A stretch of DNA of 64,000 bases from the NCBI GenBank assembly GCA_963664815.2, contig CAXXHB010000003.1, positions 672,001 to 736,000 on the forward strand, in the 5' to 3' direction. The notes beneath the pieces are model-generated. The model made no database searches and had not been told where the DNA came from. It was given only the letters and a program-made list of their open reading frames with translations. The position numbers and the translations under genes were made by a program. This stretch comes from Spirochaetota bacterium (GTDB taxonomy: Bacteria > Spirochaetota > UBA4802 > UBA5550). How positions within the stretch are numbered: position 1 is the stretch's first letter; each line of letters starts with the position of its first letter. This document shows, piece after piece, positions 11,910 to 21,493 of this stretch.

Positions 11910-11937
11910 AAGATTAACTTACTCCTCTCGTTTCTTT

Positions 11938-12492
11938 CTAGTCGTGGCATACGGCACATTTGTTGCTTATATTAAGCGCTGTATGGCAATCCATACACTG
12001 TCCCATCAGCATTTTACCTTTGATCATTTTGGTATCTGTTGAAACAGACTTGTCTCCATGGCATGAACCGCATCTGGCCTTTAATCTTCCATCATCATAT
12101 TTGGCAGTCATTACAACCTTGTGACTGAAATATACGAGATCAGGCTGTTTTGCCCATGAAGTCCATGGTTGGTCTGAATCCTTGTAGGAATCAAACATGG
12201 TTTTTTTCCTGGGAATACTGTGGTCATCAGAAGTGAGGACACCATTACGATCGTGGCATACCGTACATTCGGCTACAGTCGGAAGCCCTTTGAATCTTCC
12301 ATTTTCTTCGTATCCATGGCATTGAGTACAGTCGTTAATCCCGTATTTTTCCACGTGATTCTTGTGGCTGAAGGGGATTTTTTTTGCGGCATCGGCCTGC
12401 ATAACGCTGTGACAGCCCTTTTGAGATATTCCGAAGAAATACCAGGTAAATATTATAAAAGGGATAAAAAAAAGCAGCAATGAACGTCTCAC
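11938..12492 (-). CDS. qrcA: Membrane-anchored multiheme cytochrome c QrcA
   Basis: N-terminal TM helix, five CxxCH motifs (CTQCH, CTVCH, CGSCH, CMDCH, CAVCH), FSHKNH and QPDLVYFSH. GTG start with AAGGAG RBS. Confidence 0.88.
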   Translation of the reverse strand: MRRSLLLFFIPFIIFTWYFFGISQKGCHSVMQADAAKKIPFSHKNHVEKYGINDCTQCHGYEENGRFKGLPTVAECTVCHDRNGVLTSDDHSIPRKKTMFDSYKDSDQPWTSWAKQPDLVYFSHKVVMTAKYDDGRLKARCGSCHGDKSVSTDTKMIKGKMLMGQCMDCHTALNISNKCAVCHD

Positions 12493-12525
12493 AAAAATTC
12501 TCCTTATGTTTTTTATTTTTGGAAG

Positions 12526-12573
12526 AGTTGTACTTCTTTAAAACTTTAAGTTGTACTTCTTTTAAAACTTTTA
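12526..12573. repeat. Tandem ~23-25 bp direct repeat upstream of qrcA
   Basis: AGTTGTACTTCTTTAAAACTTTA followed immediately by AGTTGTACTTCTTTTAAAACTTTTA. Confidence 0.8.
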
Positions 12574-12989
12574 AAAATGTGAGTCAGATACTAAACCGGC
12601 AGCATGGTGAAATACCTTGCTAAAAATATAATAATCCACCTGAATTGCTAAAATCGTTTTGGCTAAATGTCAACAAAAAATATAAAAAAAGTATTTTAGG
12701 TAAAAAAACATTTAAGAAAATTTTAATATACTAAAACGATTTATTTTGACTGAACCCTCATTTCATGATTTGCAGTCAATGAGTGATTTTAATGGTCATG
12801 GAACTCCTGTGCGGGGATAAAACATATAGTTTTACAGATAAGCATATCAGTATAATTAAATAATGAGAAATCAGGATCATCTTCACGGAATATGGACATT
12901 TACAGGTATAAAACAATCTGACTTAAATGGGTCCGGTCTCATTTTTAACAAAGTCATAATTACTTGTCAATGACGTTATACCTGAGAAT

Positions 12990-13868
12990 TCACTCCGGGT
13001 CAGAATTACCCGGGAGATATCCTAACTCTTCAAATTTTACATCTATATAGGGGGTTGACTGGCTTTCAAGCGGTGGATAGATTAAGCGCGATGTTTTGTT
13101 TATATCTACTGTTTTAATGTACTTTTTACATTTATCACATACATCAACCCTGTATTCCTCTTCACCTTCAATATCAAAATACTGAAGTGTTTCATGATCG
13201 GTATTTTCACAGAAGGGGCAGTAGATTCTTTTTGATTCCCATTTATGACTGCAGAATCCGCAGATTAATGAGCGTTTTCCATTTTCTTCAAATGTTGACA
13301 GTTCAGGGGCAGAACCGCAGACAGGGCAGTAACCTTTATTCCACTCTTTATCTTTATCGAGGAGTTGTGACATCTTTTCTGCGAAAAGATTCAATGAGGG
13401 TTTGAGGCTGTTATATATTATAAAAGCCAGAATTTTTTTATCAACTCCCGTATCAATTTCAAAGTTATTGAAAAGAGCTTCATCTTCTTTCAGGAACGAA
13501 GAGAAGAGCATATCAAGCTTCAGCGGGTTATTTTCTATTAAACCTGTTATTTTCCTGACAGTTTGCGAAAGTTCATTATCAGAAGTGGCAAGGATTGAGC
13601 AGATCTCATTAAAAAGTTTTTCGGACTGGCTTCTGTCTATGATGAATTGTGAAATATTTATCAGGGGAAACTGTTCCTGCAGTTTTACTGCTAAAATGTC
13701 TTTCGGAATTTCAAAGTCATTAATGCGGATATCTTTTTTAGCGTTTTCCTGTGCGATAAATATCATTTCATACAGGTCAAGCATGGTTGCGTAACCCGGT
13801 TTTATTTTTTTCACTGCATTTACAGCTTCTTTGATCTCGTCTGTTGTTAATATTGTAATACTATTCAT
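12990..13868 (-). CDS. fdhE: Formate dehydrogenase accessory protein FdhE
   Basis: WNKGYCPVCGS, CGFCSHKW, CPFCEN, CDKCKKYIK; directly downstream of the fdh genes. Confidence 0.93.
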   Translation of the reverse strand: MNSITILTTDEIKEAVNAVKKIKPGYATMLDLYEMIFIAQENAKKDIRINDFEIPKDILAVKLQEQFPLINISQFIIDRSQSEKLFNEICSILATSDNELSQTVRKITGLIENNPLKLDMLFSSFLKEDEALFNNFEIDTGVDKKILAFIIYNSLKPSLNLFAEKMSQLLDKDKEWNKGYCPVCGSAPELSTFEENGKRSLICGFCSHKWESKRIYCPFCENTDHETLQYFDIEGEEEYRVDVCDKCKKYIKTVDINKTSRLIYPPLESQSTPYIDVKFEELGYLPGNSDPE

Positions 13869-13915
13869 GAATGATTCCTTTTTTATATTTTCTTTTATTT
13901 TTTCACTTTTTTAGT

Positions 13916-13947
13916 ATAACACCCCGCCGTATCAGGCGGGGTGTTAT
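13916..13947. terminator. GC-rich hairpin between fdhB and fdhE (terminator- or REP-like)
   Basis: 13-bp stem ATAACACCCCGCC-GTATCA-GGCGGGGTGTTAT. The T-tract is only on the + side, so termination of the minus-strand fdh transcript is not certain. Confidence 0.6.
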
Positions 13948-13995
13948 TTTTATAATGCTAAAAGAAGTTAACAGTTTAATATTGTAAACTTAAAA

Positions 13996-14685
13996 TCATG
14001 CAAGGGATATATTATCAGAATTTTTCTCCAGTGACGCAAGATGATGATACATTTTGCGGTTGTGAGTAATCAGATAAATGACCCTTACGCTGTCTACATC
14101 AAGCAGTGTAGCTTCGGGAAACTCTTTTTTCACCACTCCGAGCCTGCCTGCAGCCATAACCTTCATTTTTTCTCTTTCACCGAAATTCATAGCGCCGGTG
14201 GGGCATGTTTTTACACACATGGGGACATGACCTGCTTCTATTCTCTCAAGACACATGTCACACTTATTGATAACACCGGTTTTTTCATTTCTCTGCGGTA
14301 TATTGTAAGGACAATACTCCTTCATCATGAGAAAACCTTCTTTGGAAATCTTTTTAGTTTTCTCAGTGAATATTACGGCTCCGGTTTCCTTATCAATAAC
14401 AACCGCACCTTTTACGTTGCCATCTGCAGCAAGCTTGCATGGAGGCTCTGTGCAGTGACGGCACTGATCAGGAAAAAAATTCCAGAATACACGGTCTTTC
14501 ACTTTGAATTCGGTGAATTTAACAACCTTATAATTCAAAGCATTAAGATCCGGCGGATTCTGGTGGCTGCCCCAGTTCAGCTGTTTTGTATAATTTGGTT
14601 CGAATCCCTGCCACTCTTTACAGGCAACCTGGCACCCTCTGCACGCCGTACACCTTGAGGTGTCAATAAAAAATGTCTTACTCAT
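13996..14685 (-). CDS. fdhB: Formate dehydrogenase beta (iron-sulfur) subunit, soluble type
   Basis: MSKTFFIDTSRCTACRGCQVACKEW; 12 Cys consistent with three [4Fe-4S] clusters; no C-terminal TM anchor; start overlaps the alpha-subunit stop. Confidence 0.9.
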   Translation of the reverse strand: MSKTFFIDTSRCTACRGCQVACKEWQGFEPNYTKQLNWGSHQNPPDLNALNYKVVKFTEFKVKDRVFWNFFPDQCRHCTEPPCKLAADGNVKGAVVIDKETGAVIFTEKTKKISKEGFLMMKEYCPYNIPQRNEKTGVINKCDMCLERIEAGHVPMCVKTCPTGAMNFGEREKMKVMAAGRLGVVKKEFPEATLLDVDSVRVIYLITHNRKMYHHLASLEKNSDNISLA

Positions 14686-17600
14686 GATGTCCTCCCGCAT
14701 TTAAATCCGTATAAGAAAGCTCAGTCAGCTTGCCGGGATCCGCCTTTGTGATATTCACGCAGCATGCCTTGGTTTCAGGGGTTGAGGTATTCGCGTCACC
14801 TGCCGAAATTGTTAATCTGTTAGTAGCATCTCCAATCCCTTTTTTTGTCCAGCCGAATGCAAATGGCATTCCAACGAGGTGAACAGTTTTACCCTGAACT
14901 TTGAATGGTGTTATACGTACAGTCACCATTGCTACTGCTTCAACCCGTCCCCGCAGGTTTTCAACAATAACCGGGTCTCCGTTTTTAATACCTTTTTCTT
15001 TTGCCAGTTCATGACTCATCTCAACATAGAGTTGTGGTTCTGCTTCAAGAAGAGATGGTACATTTCTTGTTTCGCTTCCTCCACACCAATGCTCAGTCAT
15101 ACTGTATGTTGTCAGTACTATTGGAAATTTCGGGTCACCGGCAGCAGATACATGATCCAGGTCGCTGGTAATTATTTTTGCGCATGGATTTATCAGCTGT
15201 CCTGAAAAACCGTGATTTTTTACAGGTGTTTCAACCGGTTCATAGTGTTCCGGGAATGGACCGTCATTCAGACCGGGGCCATAAAGCTGTCCTAAACCGT
15301 CAGTGGTCATAATAAATGGATTTTTACCGCCGGTCTTCGATAGAGGGGGCTGGGCACCATCAGGCACATCACCTTCCCATTTTTCGCCGTTCCACCTGAT
15401 TACTGTTCGTGTCGGATCCCACGGCTGACCATCTTTGTCAACGCCGGCCCTGTTATAGATAATTCGTCTGTTCATCGGCCATGACCAGGAGAACTTCGGG
15501 AACAGTCCTATCTGTTTTTCAAGAGGTGTCTGCTCCAGACTGCGGGCTTTCATTTTATTCCCGAATTCGTCTGTATAAACTCCTGCCATCATCCAGCATA
15601 GAGATGCTGTTGTACCGTCATCGGCGAAGTCTGCCAGAGCGGTGAGCTGCTTACCCTTTTTGGGGCCATCTGTAAACCAGCCGTTTATACGTTTTGCAAC
15701 CACGTTGGCATCATATTTTTTATACCAGTTCAGGTTTACAATCGGTTCTTTATGAACTCCACCTTCATCCTCGTAGAGATCCTTAACCTCATTCATGATC
15801 TCTACCATGATCTGCCCCATGGATTTAGACTTGCCTCTCGGCTTGGTAGCCTGATTATGCCACAGAATCCATCGTCCGCTGTTGCTTATACTACCTTCCT
15901 TCTCAACGCGATGGCATGACGGGAAGAGGAATACTTCTGTTTTAACCTTTTTCGGATCCATCCCCGGGCCATGCCAGAATTCAGTTGTTTCATTCATATG
16001 GATATCAGCGGAAATGAGAAACTCAAGATTTGCCAGAGCTTTCCTTATTTTATTACTATTTGGGAATCCCTGGGCAGGATTTGTGGCCCATATTGACCCC
16101 CCTTTAAGTTCCCCTTTATACATCCTGTCAAATGTATAAAGAAATGAGTGGTCGCCAATTTCTTCACTTTTTGACACTTCTGCCCTGGGAAGCCAGTCGT
16201 AACCAAAATCGTTTTCTTTAGTGGCTTTTTTACCGAAATATGCTTTAAGAAGACTGGTTATATATTTTGGTTTGTTCCCCTGCCAGTTTACGCTTGCAGC
16301 TTCTTTAGTGACAGGTGTAGTCATTTTTTTGTAATCCGCCAGTGTGGGCATATTTGCTCTTGGAACCGCGAGGTAACCGGGGAGTATATCATATAGAATA
16401 GCATGGTCAGAAGTTCCCTGTACATTCGGTTCACCTCGGAGTGCGTTGACTCCGCCACCTGCTATACCTACATTCCCCAGCAGCAGCTGAATGATACCGC
16501 AAGTACGGATATTCTGCACACCCACTGTATGCTGTGTCCAGCCCAGTGCGTAAAGAATTGTTCCGGCTTTGTCACGCGTTCCCGTTGCTGCAAAAGCCTC
16601 ATAAGTTTTAATAAGATTTTCCTGAGATACACCTGTTATAGATGAAACTCTGTTAAGGTCATACCTTGAGTAATGCTTCTGAAGCAGCTGCATTACGCAT
16701 CTGGGATGCTTAAGTGTCGGATCTTTCTGTATCTTACCTTCCTTATCCCGCTCAAATTGCCACAATGATTTATCGTACTTTTTGGTTTTGGGATTATATC
16801 CTGCAAAAAGACCATTATTGAATGAAAACTTTTCGTTTACGATGAATGATGCGTTTGTATAGAGATCGACATATTCTTTAAAATATCTGTTTTTTGTCAA
16901 TATGTAGTTTATCATACCACCCATGAAAGCAATATCTGTTCCTGAACGTAGAGGTACATGAAAGTCAGATCTTGCGGATGTTCTTGAGAATTTCGGGTCA
17001 ACGTGGATAATCTTAGCCCCTCTTTCTTCTTTTGCTTTGAGCACCCATTTAAAACATATGGGATGGTGTTCTGCAGCGTTACTTCCGATTATGAGGCAAC
17101 AGTCAGTGTTTTTAATATCGATCCAATGATTTGTCATTGCACCACGACCAAATGATTCCGCCAAACTGGCGACAGATGGACCGTGTCAGACCCGTGCCTG
17201 GTGATCTATGTTCATGATCCCCATTGCGCGCATTGCCTGCACAACAACGGATGCCTCTTCATTACTCATCTGTGAGGAGCCCATATGGAACATCTTATCG
17301 TTACGGTTGACAACCTGCCCCTCGGCATTTTTTACCATAAAATTTTTATCACGTGTGTCTTTTATTCGTCTTGCTACAGTTTCAATCATCCAGCTCCAGC
17401 TTTTTTCTTCCCACTTTTCGCTGTATGGAGCGCGATACAACGGTTTAAGTATGCGGTGTTCGCTGTTGATCATTGAAAGCATTGTTGATCCCTTGGCGCA
17501 CAGCGCTCCTTCGCTCACGGGATATCCCGGATCACCTTCAGTGCTTACAACCTTTCCGCTTTTGACATGTGCTATAAAATGGCAGCTTACAGCGCAGAAA

Positions 17601-17752
17601 GGGCATATAGATATAACTTCTTTTGCACCTTTAATCTTGAGGTCTTTTGCGTAAGATTCTGTCATCAGATAGTTTACGCCCAGGCCCCCCAGAGCAATAG
17701 CTCCGGCCCCCGCACCCGCCACTTTTAATAAATCACGGCGTGTTAACTTCAT
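14678..17752 (-). CDS. fdnG: Selenocysteine-containing Mo/W formate dehydrogenase alpha subunit (FdnG/FdhA type), Tat-exported, ~1024 aa
   Basis: ORFs 17186..17752 and 14678..17164 are in frame across TGA 17186-17188, reading DHQARV-U-HGPSVASLAESFGRGAMTNHW. Twin-arginine leader TRRDLLK, CPFCAVSC FeS motif, LRGEPNVQG. Confidence 0.96.
17143..17185 (-). promoter_or_regulatory. Bacterial SECIS element downstream of the Sec UGA
   Basis: After UGA: CACGGUCCAUCUGU-CGCCA-GUU-UGGCG-GAAUCAUU-UGGUCGUG. Apical stem-loop with G/U loop starts 14 nt after UGA; the outer CACG/CGUG and CCA/UGG can pair. Confidence 0.82.
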
Positions 17753-18080
17753 TAAAATCCTCCTGGAAATCTAATGTATTTTTTGGAATAGACTATGAAT
17801 AAGATTGATACCTCATCATGGGATGGCTCCGACGGCCGGTGAAGTATTTGATATTCTGTTAATCAATTAAATAGTCATATCAGACATAGCTGTGTCAATC
17901 TATAAATGGAATTATATAAAAAAATGAATATGTTTTTTTTAGCATATGGTTAATTTTAGCATAATACACGGTGTTGTATGACTGCCGTCTCTTCCAGTTA
18001 TCTGTTACATCTTTTATTATCCGGGCGTTCTGTTCGGATGTGTATTGATCCGTTGTTTATTAAGTATGCTTTGGCATCTG

Positions 18081-18103
18081 ATTATACCGGAATCCGGTAT
18101 AAT
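18081..18103. repeat. Perfect 23-bp palindrome in the intergenic region upstream of fdnG
   Basis: ATTATACCGGA-A-TCCGGTATAAT. Confidence 0.75.
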
Positions 18104-18229
18104 TCATTTAATAAAACGGTAAAACTTCCAATCTGACAGACTGACAGGAGTTTCAATAAAGTGTTGACTGTTGTTGTAATACCTCTTTAATTAACGATAT
18201 GGTTGCGGCATAAGGTACAGGAGAAGGGT

Positions 18230-19003
18230 ATGAACAGGTTCAGCAGGGCAGGTCTCTTATTATCTTTATCAATTATCATTGTATGCATCGTTGCATTTTT
18301 AAAAGGGAGCACATCAGGCTATATTCCTATCGTTCTTGTATTAACCATTATCATAATTATACCTGTCTCGATAGGTATGGCAATAGGGAACAGTATAAGA
18401 AAAAAAACTGATGCATCATTCAGAAAGACACTCGATCCCCTTTTTCCCAGGTATATGACATTTTACGGCAGGTTTTATGCCGCTGCGGAATATAAAGGCT
18501 GCTCAATAAGTTTTACCACCGCTGCAAAAAGCAGTTACAGATATGAACTGACACCTGTGAGAAGGTACTCAATGATTCTTGTACGTGTCAAGATCCCTTC
18601 AACTGCAGGGATAAAACTTCACCTGGCAGTAGTCCATCATGGAAACGGAGCAGTACGGAAAATGCTCGGATGGACAACCCCTGAAGACGGGTTCTTTATA
18701 GCGGGAATTAAAAATCAGACGGAGGCGGAATCCCTTTCATTATTCATGAGACTTTCAGCATCAACGAAAGCTGGAATGAAAAACCTTGCCGAACAATGCG
18801 GAAGCTGCGGGGTAACACCTGACTGGGAGAGCGTGATGATAGGAAAGGAAAACTCCCTTAAACTGCATGGCGGGGACCATGCAGTAATAGAACAGCTTGA
18901 TTTCCAGTCATGGATACAGGCAGACATAACTGAAACAGAACTAATCGCACGCATGGATGAAATTGTTAAAACTGTTAAACTGATATCCTGTGATCTTAAA
19001 TAA
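18230..19003 (+). CDS. Hypothetical membrane protein (two N-terminal TM helices)
   Basis: Long ORF; ATG 18230 follows AGGAG; hydrophobic hairpin then a soluble domain. Confidence 0.7.
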   Translation: MNRFSRAGLLLSLSIIIVCIVAFLKGSTSGYIPIVLVLTIIIIIPVSIGMAIGNSIRKKTDASFRKTLDPLFPRYMTFYGRFYAAAEYKGCSISFTTAAKSSYRYELTPVRRYSMILVRVKIPSTAGIKLHLAVVHHGNGAVRKMLGWTTPEDGFFIAGIKNQTEAESLSLFMRLSASTKAGMKNLAEQCGSCGVTPDWESVMIGKENSLKLHGGDHAVIEQLDFQSWIQADITETELIARMDEIVKTVKLISCDLK

Positions 19004-19084
19004 AAACAAGATAAAGAGGGGGCTTTATAAATCAATATAATTATATAAGGAAGAAAATAAGAAAATCAAAACTGCTGAATTGAA

Positions 19085-19315
19085 TCATGCTGCCCTTGTG
19101 TAAACAATAAAACCCATTTTTAGTTCTTCAGTCTCAAGCTTTTTAAGCAGAGCTTCAATTTTTCCTGTAGTCTGAATGTCAATAAAATCATCATCGCATT
19201 GTTTGCATATAAGAGCCGGGACTTTGTTGGTTACGATGATTGAATCTTAATTGCGCTCTATAAGAATATGTGTTGTTCCATTCTTCATTTCTCCACGGCT
19301 TAAAGGGCAGTTCAT
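19085..19315 (-). pseudogene. YgiT-type zinc-finger (MqsA-like antitoxin) pseudogene
   Basis: MNCPLSRGEMKNGTTHILIERN*DSIIVTNKVPALICKQCDDDFID...RAA*: in-frame TAA at 19247-19249 and first CxxC degraded to CPLS. AAGGAG RBS present. Confidence 0.8.
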
Positions 19316-19384
19316 ATTTTTCTCCTTCGGTGTTTTTTGCTTACTTGTAAAACCAAAATCAATATTACTATTATGATATTTTTT

Positions 19385-19510
19385 TCCATTCACCAGATTT
19401 TTGTTCGTCGCAACGGGGGAATGATTGCTGATGTTATTATTGCTGATATAAAGGTAAGTCATGCCGTTCAGATTACTCAGAGCGCTTATATCGGATAACC
19501 GCTGCCCGAG
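19385..19510 (-). pseudogene. Internalin-like leucine-rich-repeat gene fragment
   Basis: Minus-strand reading LSDISALSNLNGMTYLYISNNNISNHSPV matches the LRR consensus; no intact gene around it. Confidence 0.55.
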
Positions 19511-19729
19511 TGTTTCCGGTGAAACTGGAAATGTACCGAGGGAACCACTACAGGGTTAAAAAAGTCCTGCAGGATTTTCTGCAGACAGGAAGTCCCGTAC
19601 ACGAACATACTTACATCGTGTGTCAGCTGGTTCTGCTTCAAATTCACGTCAGATTTATGACAAATATCACAATCTGTTTACAGAGTATTCAGTTTCGCGT
19701 TAATTACGCATCAAACACGTTACATACAG

Positions 19730-20269
19730 CTATAACCGCGCGTTTTTCTCTGTCGATAACGATGTTGAAACGGTATTGAAACGGTTTTTAATATGGTCTT
19801 CATACTGCTTAAATCCCGTTTTAACAGATCTGCCTTTATCTTTTACCATATAAATATTATTCTGCACATCTGCTGATCTGCTGTTTCCTGAACAGTAACA
19901 GGTATATTCTGTAACTTTCGCTGAAGCAGATACAACCACTGCATCCCCTGTTCCGCCGTTTCCCGCTGGTGTTACAGGTGAACCGGGTGCAATGCCGCGA
20001 AGATATTCCGACATAAAAAGATTATACCCTGACTTTCTCTTCCTTTTAGCCCTCACCCTGTAAAGGTTCTTCTCCTCTTCCGGAAGTACCTGCCATGCTT
20101 TAACACTGCCGCTGAAATTACCCCTGCATTTCACCTGAGGTTCAGTGCGTGGATTAGCGGGTATTGTGCGTGCTTTAATGTAGATCTTTCCGTAGCGGCG
20201 GTAAAGCACAAGGCCGTCCAGGCCGCCATGTGCAGTTCTTAAATAGGGATGAAGCTTTACTCTAGCCAT
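19730..20269 (-). CDS. Basic hypothetical protein, N-terminus resembling the DUF6266-like family
   Basis: AAGGAG RBS; G.LDGLVLY..YGKIYIK...PANPRT..Q...R..F...W..L.EEEK..Y......GYNLF pattern. Confidence 0.65.
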   Translation of the reverse strand: MARVKLHPYLRTAHGGLDGLVLYRRYGKIYIKARTIPANPRTEPQVKCRGNFSGSVKAWQVLPEEEKNLYRVRAKRKRKSGYNLFMSEYLRGIAPGSPVTPAGNGGTGDAVVVSASAKVTEYTCYCSGNSRSADVQNNIYMVKDKGRSVKTGFKQYEDHIKNRFNTVSTSLSTEKNARL

Positions 20270-20657
20270 GTCATTTACTCTCCTTATTTATTATTATATT
20301 TTTTTATCGTTATATTGAGATTTATGCCTCTATATAACCAGTCCGGAAAAGCAAATGACATGGCGCAAGCAGAATTTTTAAAAAATTTCAGAATTGAATT
20401 GTGGACAGTTTAAGAAAACACCCACGGTTTAAAAATATTCCTGATTATGATTTACGTCTTTTAGAGATACTGGAATACAATATTTACTGGATATATCACG
20501 ATGATATTATTAATCAAATTAAAGACAGCCCACGAAGTTACATTAAAATTGAACAACATCTTATGAAAGCAGTACCTTTTTAAACATCATGTATGGGATG
20601 AAGTCGACAGACTTGATGAGATTGTGTAAAAGCTTTTCAAGGAAGCAATCCAGGCTG

Positions 20658-21266
20658 TCAGGATATTAAGCCTTCGGTTTTTAACCATTCCCTGACAAGA
20701 TCCAGATATTCATTATATGGTACGTTCTTTGTATCTTTTTTAGTATATCCTCTGCTCATAAGAGAATCATAAATATATCCCCAACAGTCATTGTACTTGT
20801 ACCATAATGCCGTCGGACCGAGTATATCACCTGTATATCTGTTATTTACAAACCAGTCTCTTATAATCTTTACTAATTCCTGGGGATCATTTTTATGGCA
20901 GAAAACATCAAATCCTGCATAATCAGATAAAGCTTTTTGGTATGAATACTTTTCACCTTCAAGTATAAGAAACTTTTTAGTCATTGATCCTTTTAGTCTT
21001 ATCCCAAAGTCTATACCAAGCTCAAAGGGCATATTGAAACGTGAATATTCATTCTTATCTTTTGATTTTATCCTTGATAAATCATGTATGCTTATTATTG
21101 AAACATCAATCAATGATGAAATCTTTTCAAGCCTGTTAGTCACACAATCGGAATCTTCCAGTGCAGTTCGCGGATTAAATCCATAATATAAAACTGAAAA
21201 AAGAATTATCCGGAATAAAGGGGTGTATCTGTTATCAAAAGGGCAGTTGATAAAAACATTTTTCAT
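20658..21266 (-). CDS. Nucleoside 2-deoxyribosyltransferase/TIR-like fold hypothetical protein
   Basis: NVFINCPFD...RLEKI..LI.....IHDLSR...RFNMPFELG, resembling the NDT-type N..xELG motif. Confidence 0.7.
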   Translation of the reverse strand: MKNVFINCPFDNRYTPLFRIILFSVLYYGFNPRTALEDSDCVTNRLEKISSLIDVSIISIHDLSRIKSKDKNEYSRFNMPFELGIDFGIRLKGSMTKKFLILEGEKYSYQKALSDYAGFDVFCHKNDPQELVKIIRDWFVNNRYTGDILGPTALWYKYNDCWGYIYDSLMSRGYTKKDTKNVPYNEYLDLVREWLKTEGLIS

Positions 21267-21493
21267 TTTTTATCTTTGGGCGGCATCGGGTCACAGCCAT
21301 GACTGTCTTTGCTAGCTATTGTACCATCCTTTTTATGAATATATAATTCAGTTTTCTGATTAATACTTACCTGCCTGGCATACCTGACAGCATCCTGTTT
21401 ATTATCAAAATGCCTGGATGCTTTTTCATCACCGCTTTTTTTTATACTCCAGCCGCCTTTACCTGAAGGGACTACATGGTGCGATTTGGTCAT
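21263..21493 (-). CDS. DUF2188 domain protein
   Basis: HVVP...GWSIKK.G..KAS..F..KQDA...AR......TELYIH..DG.I...DSHG.DP.PP; ATGA overlap with the downstream gene. Confidence 0.9.
   Translation of the reverse strand: MTKSHHVVPSGKGGWSIKKSGDEKASRHFDNKQDAVRYARQVSINQKTELYIHKKDGTIASKDSHGCDPMPPKDKK

Noticed and set aside
7851-12492. Nitrite reductase Nrf or alternative complex III (Act)
   Set aside because: No NrfA with CxxCK; B and C subunits are separate and ActD/E/F are absent, which fits Qrc.
14678-17752. fdh alpha subunit as a pseudogene or two separate genes
   Set aside because: The break is a single in-frame TGA at the catalytic Sec position with a SECIS-like hairpin.
17790-17860. Moco/tungsten or other riboswitch in the fdh leader
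   Set aside because: A GC-richer patch exists, but I could not match any known consensus; an Infernal scan would be needed.
20401-20583. 60-aa ORF as a gene
   Set aside because: GTG start without RBS and no recognisable motif; at most a fragment.
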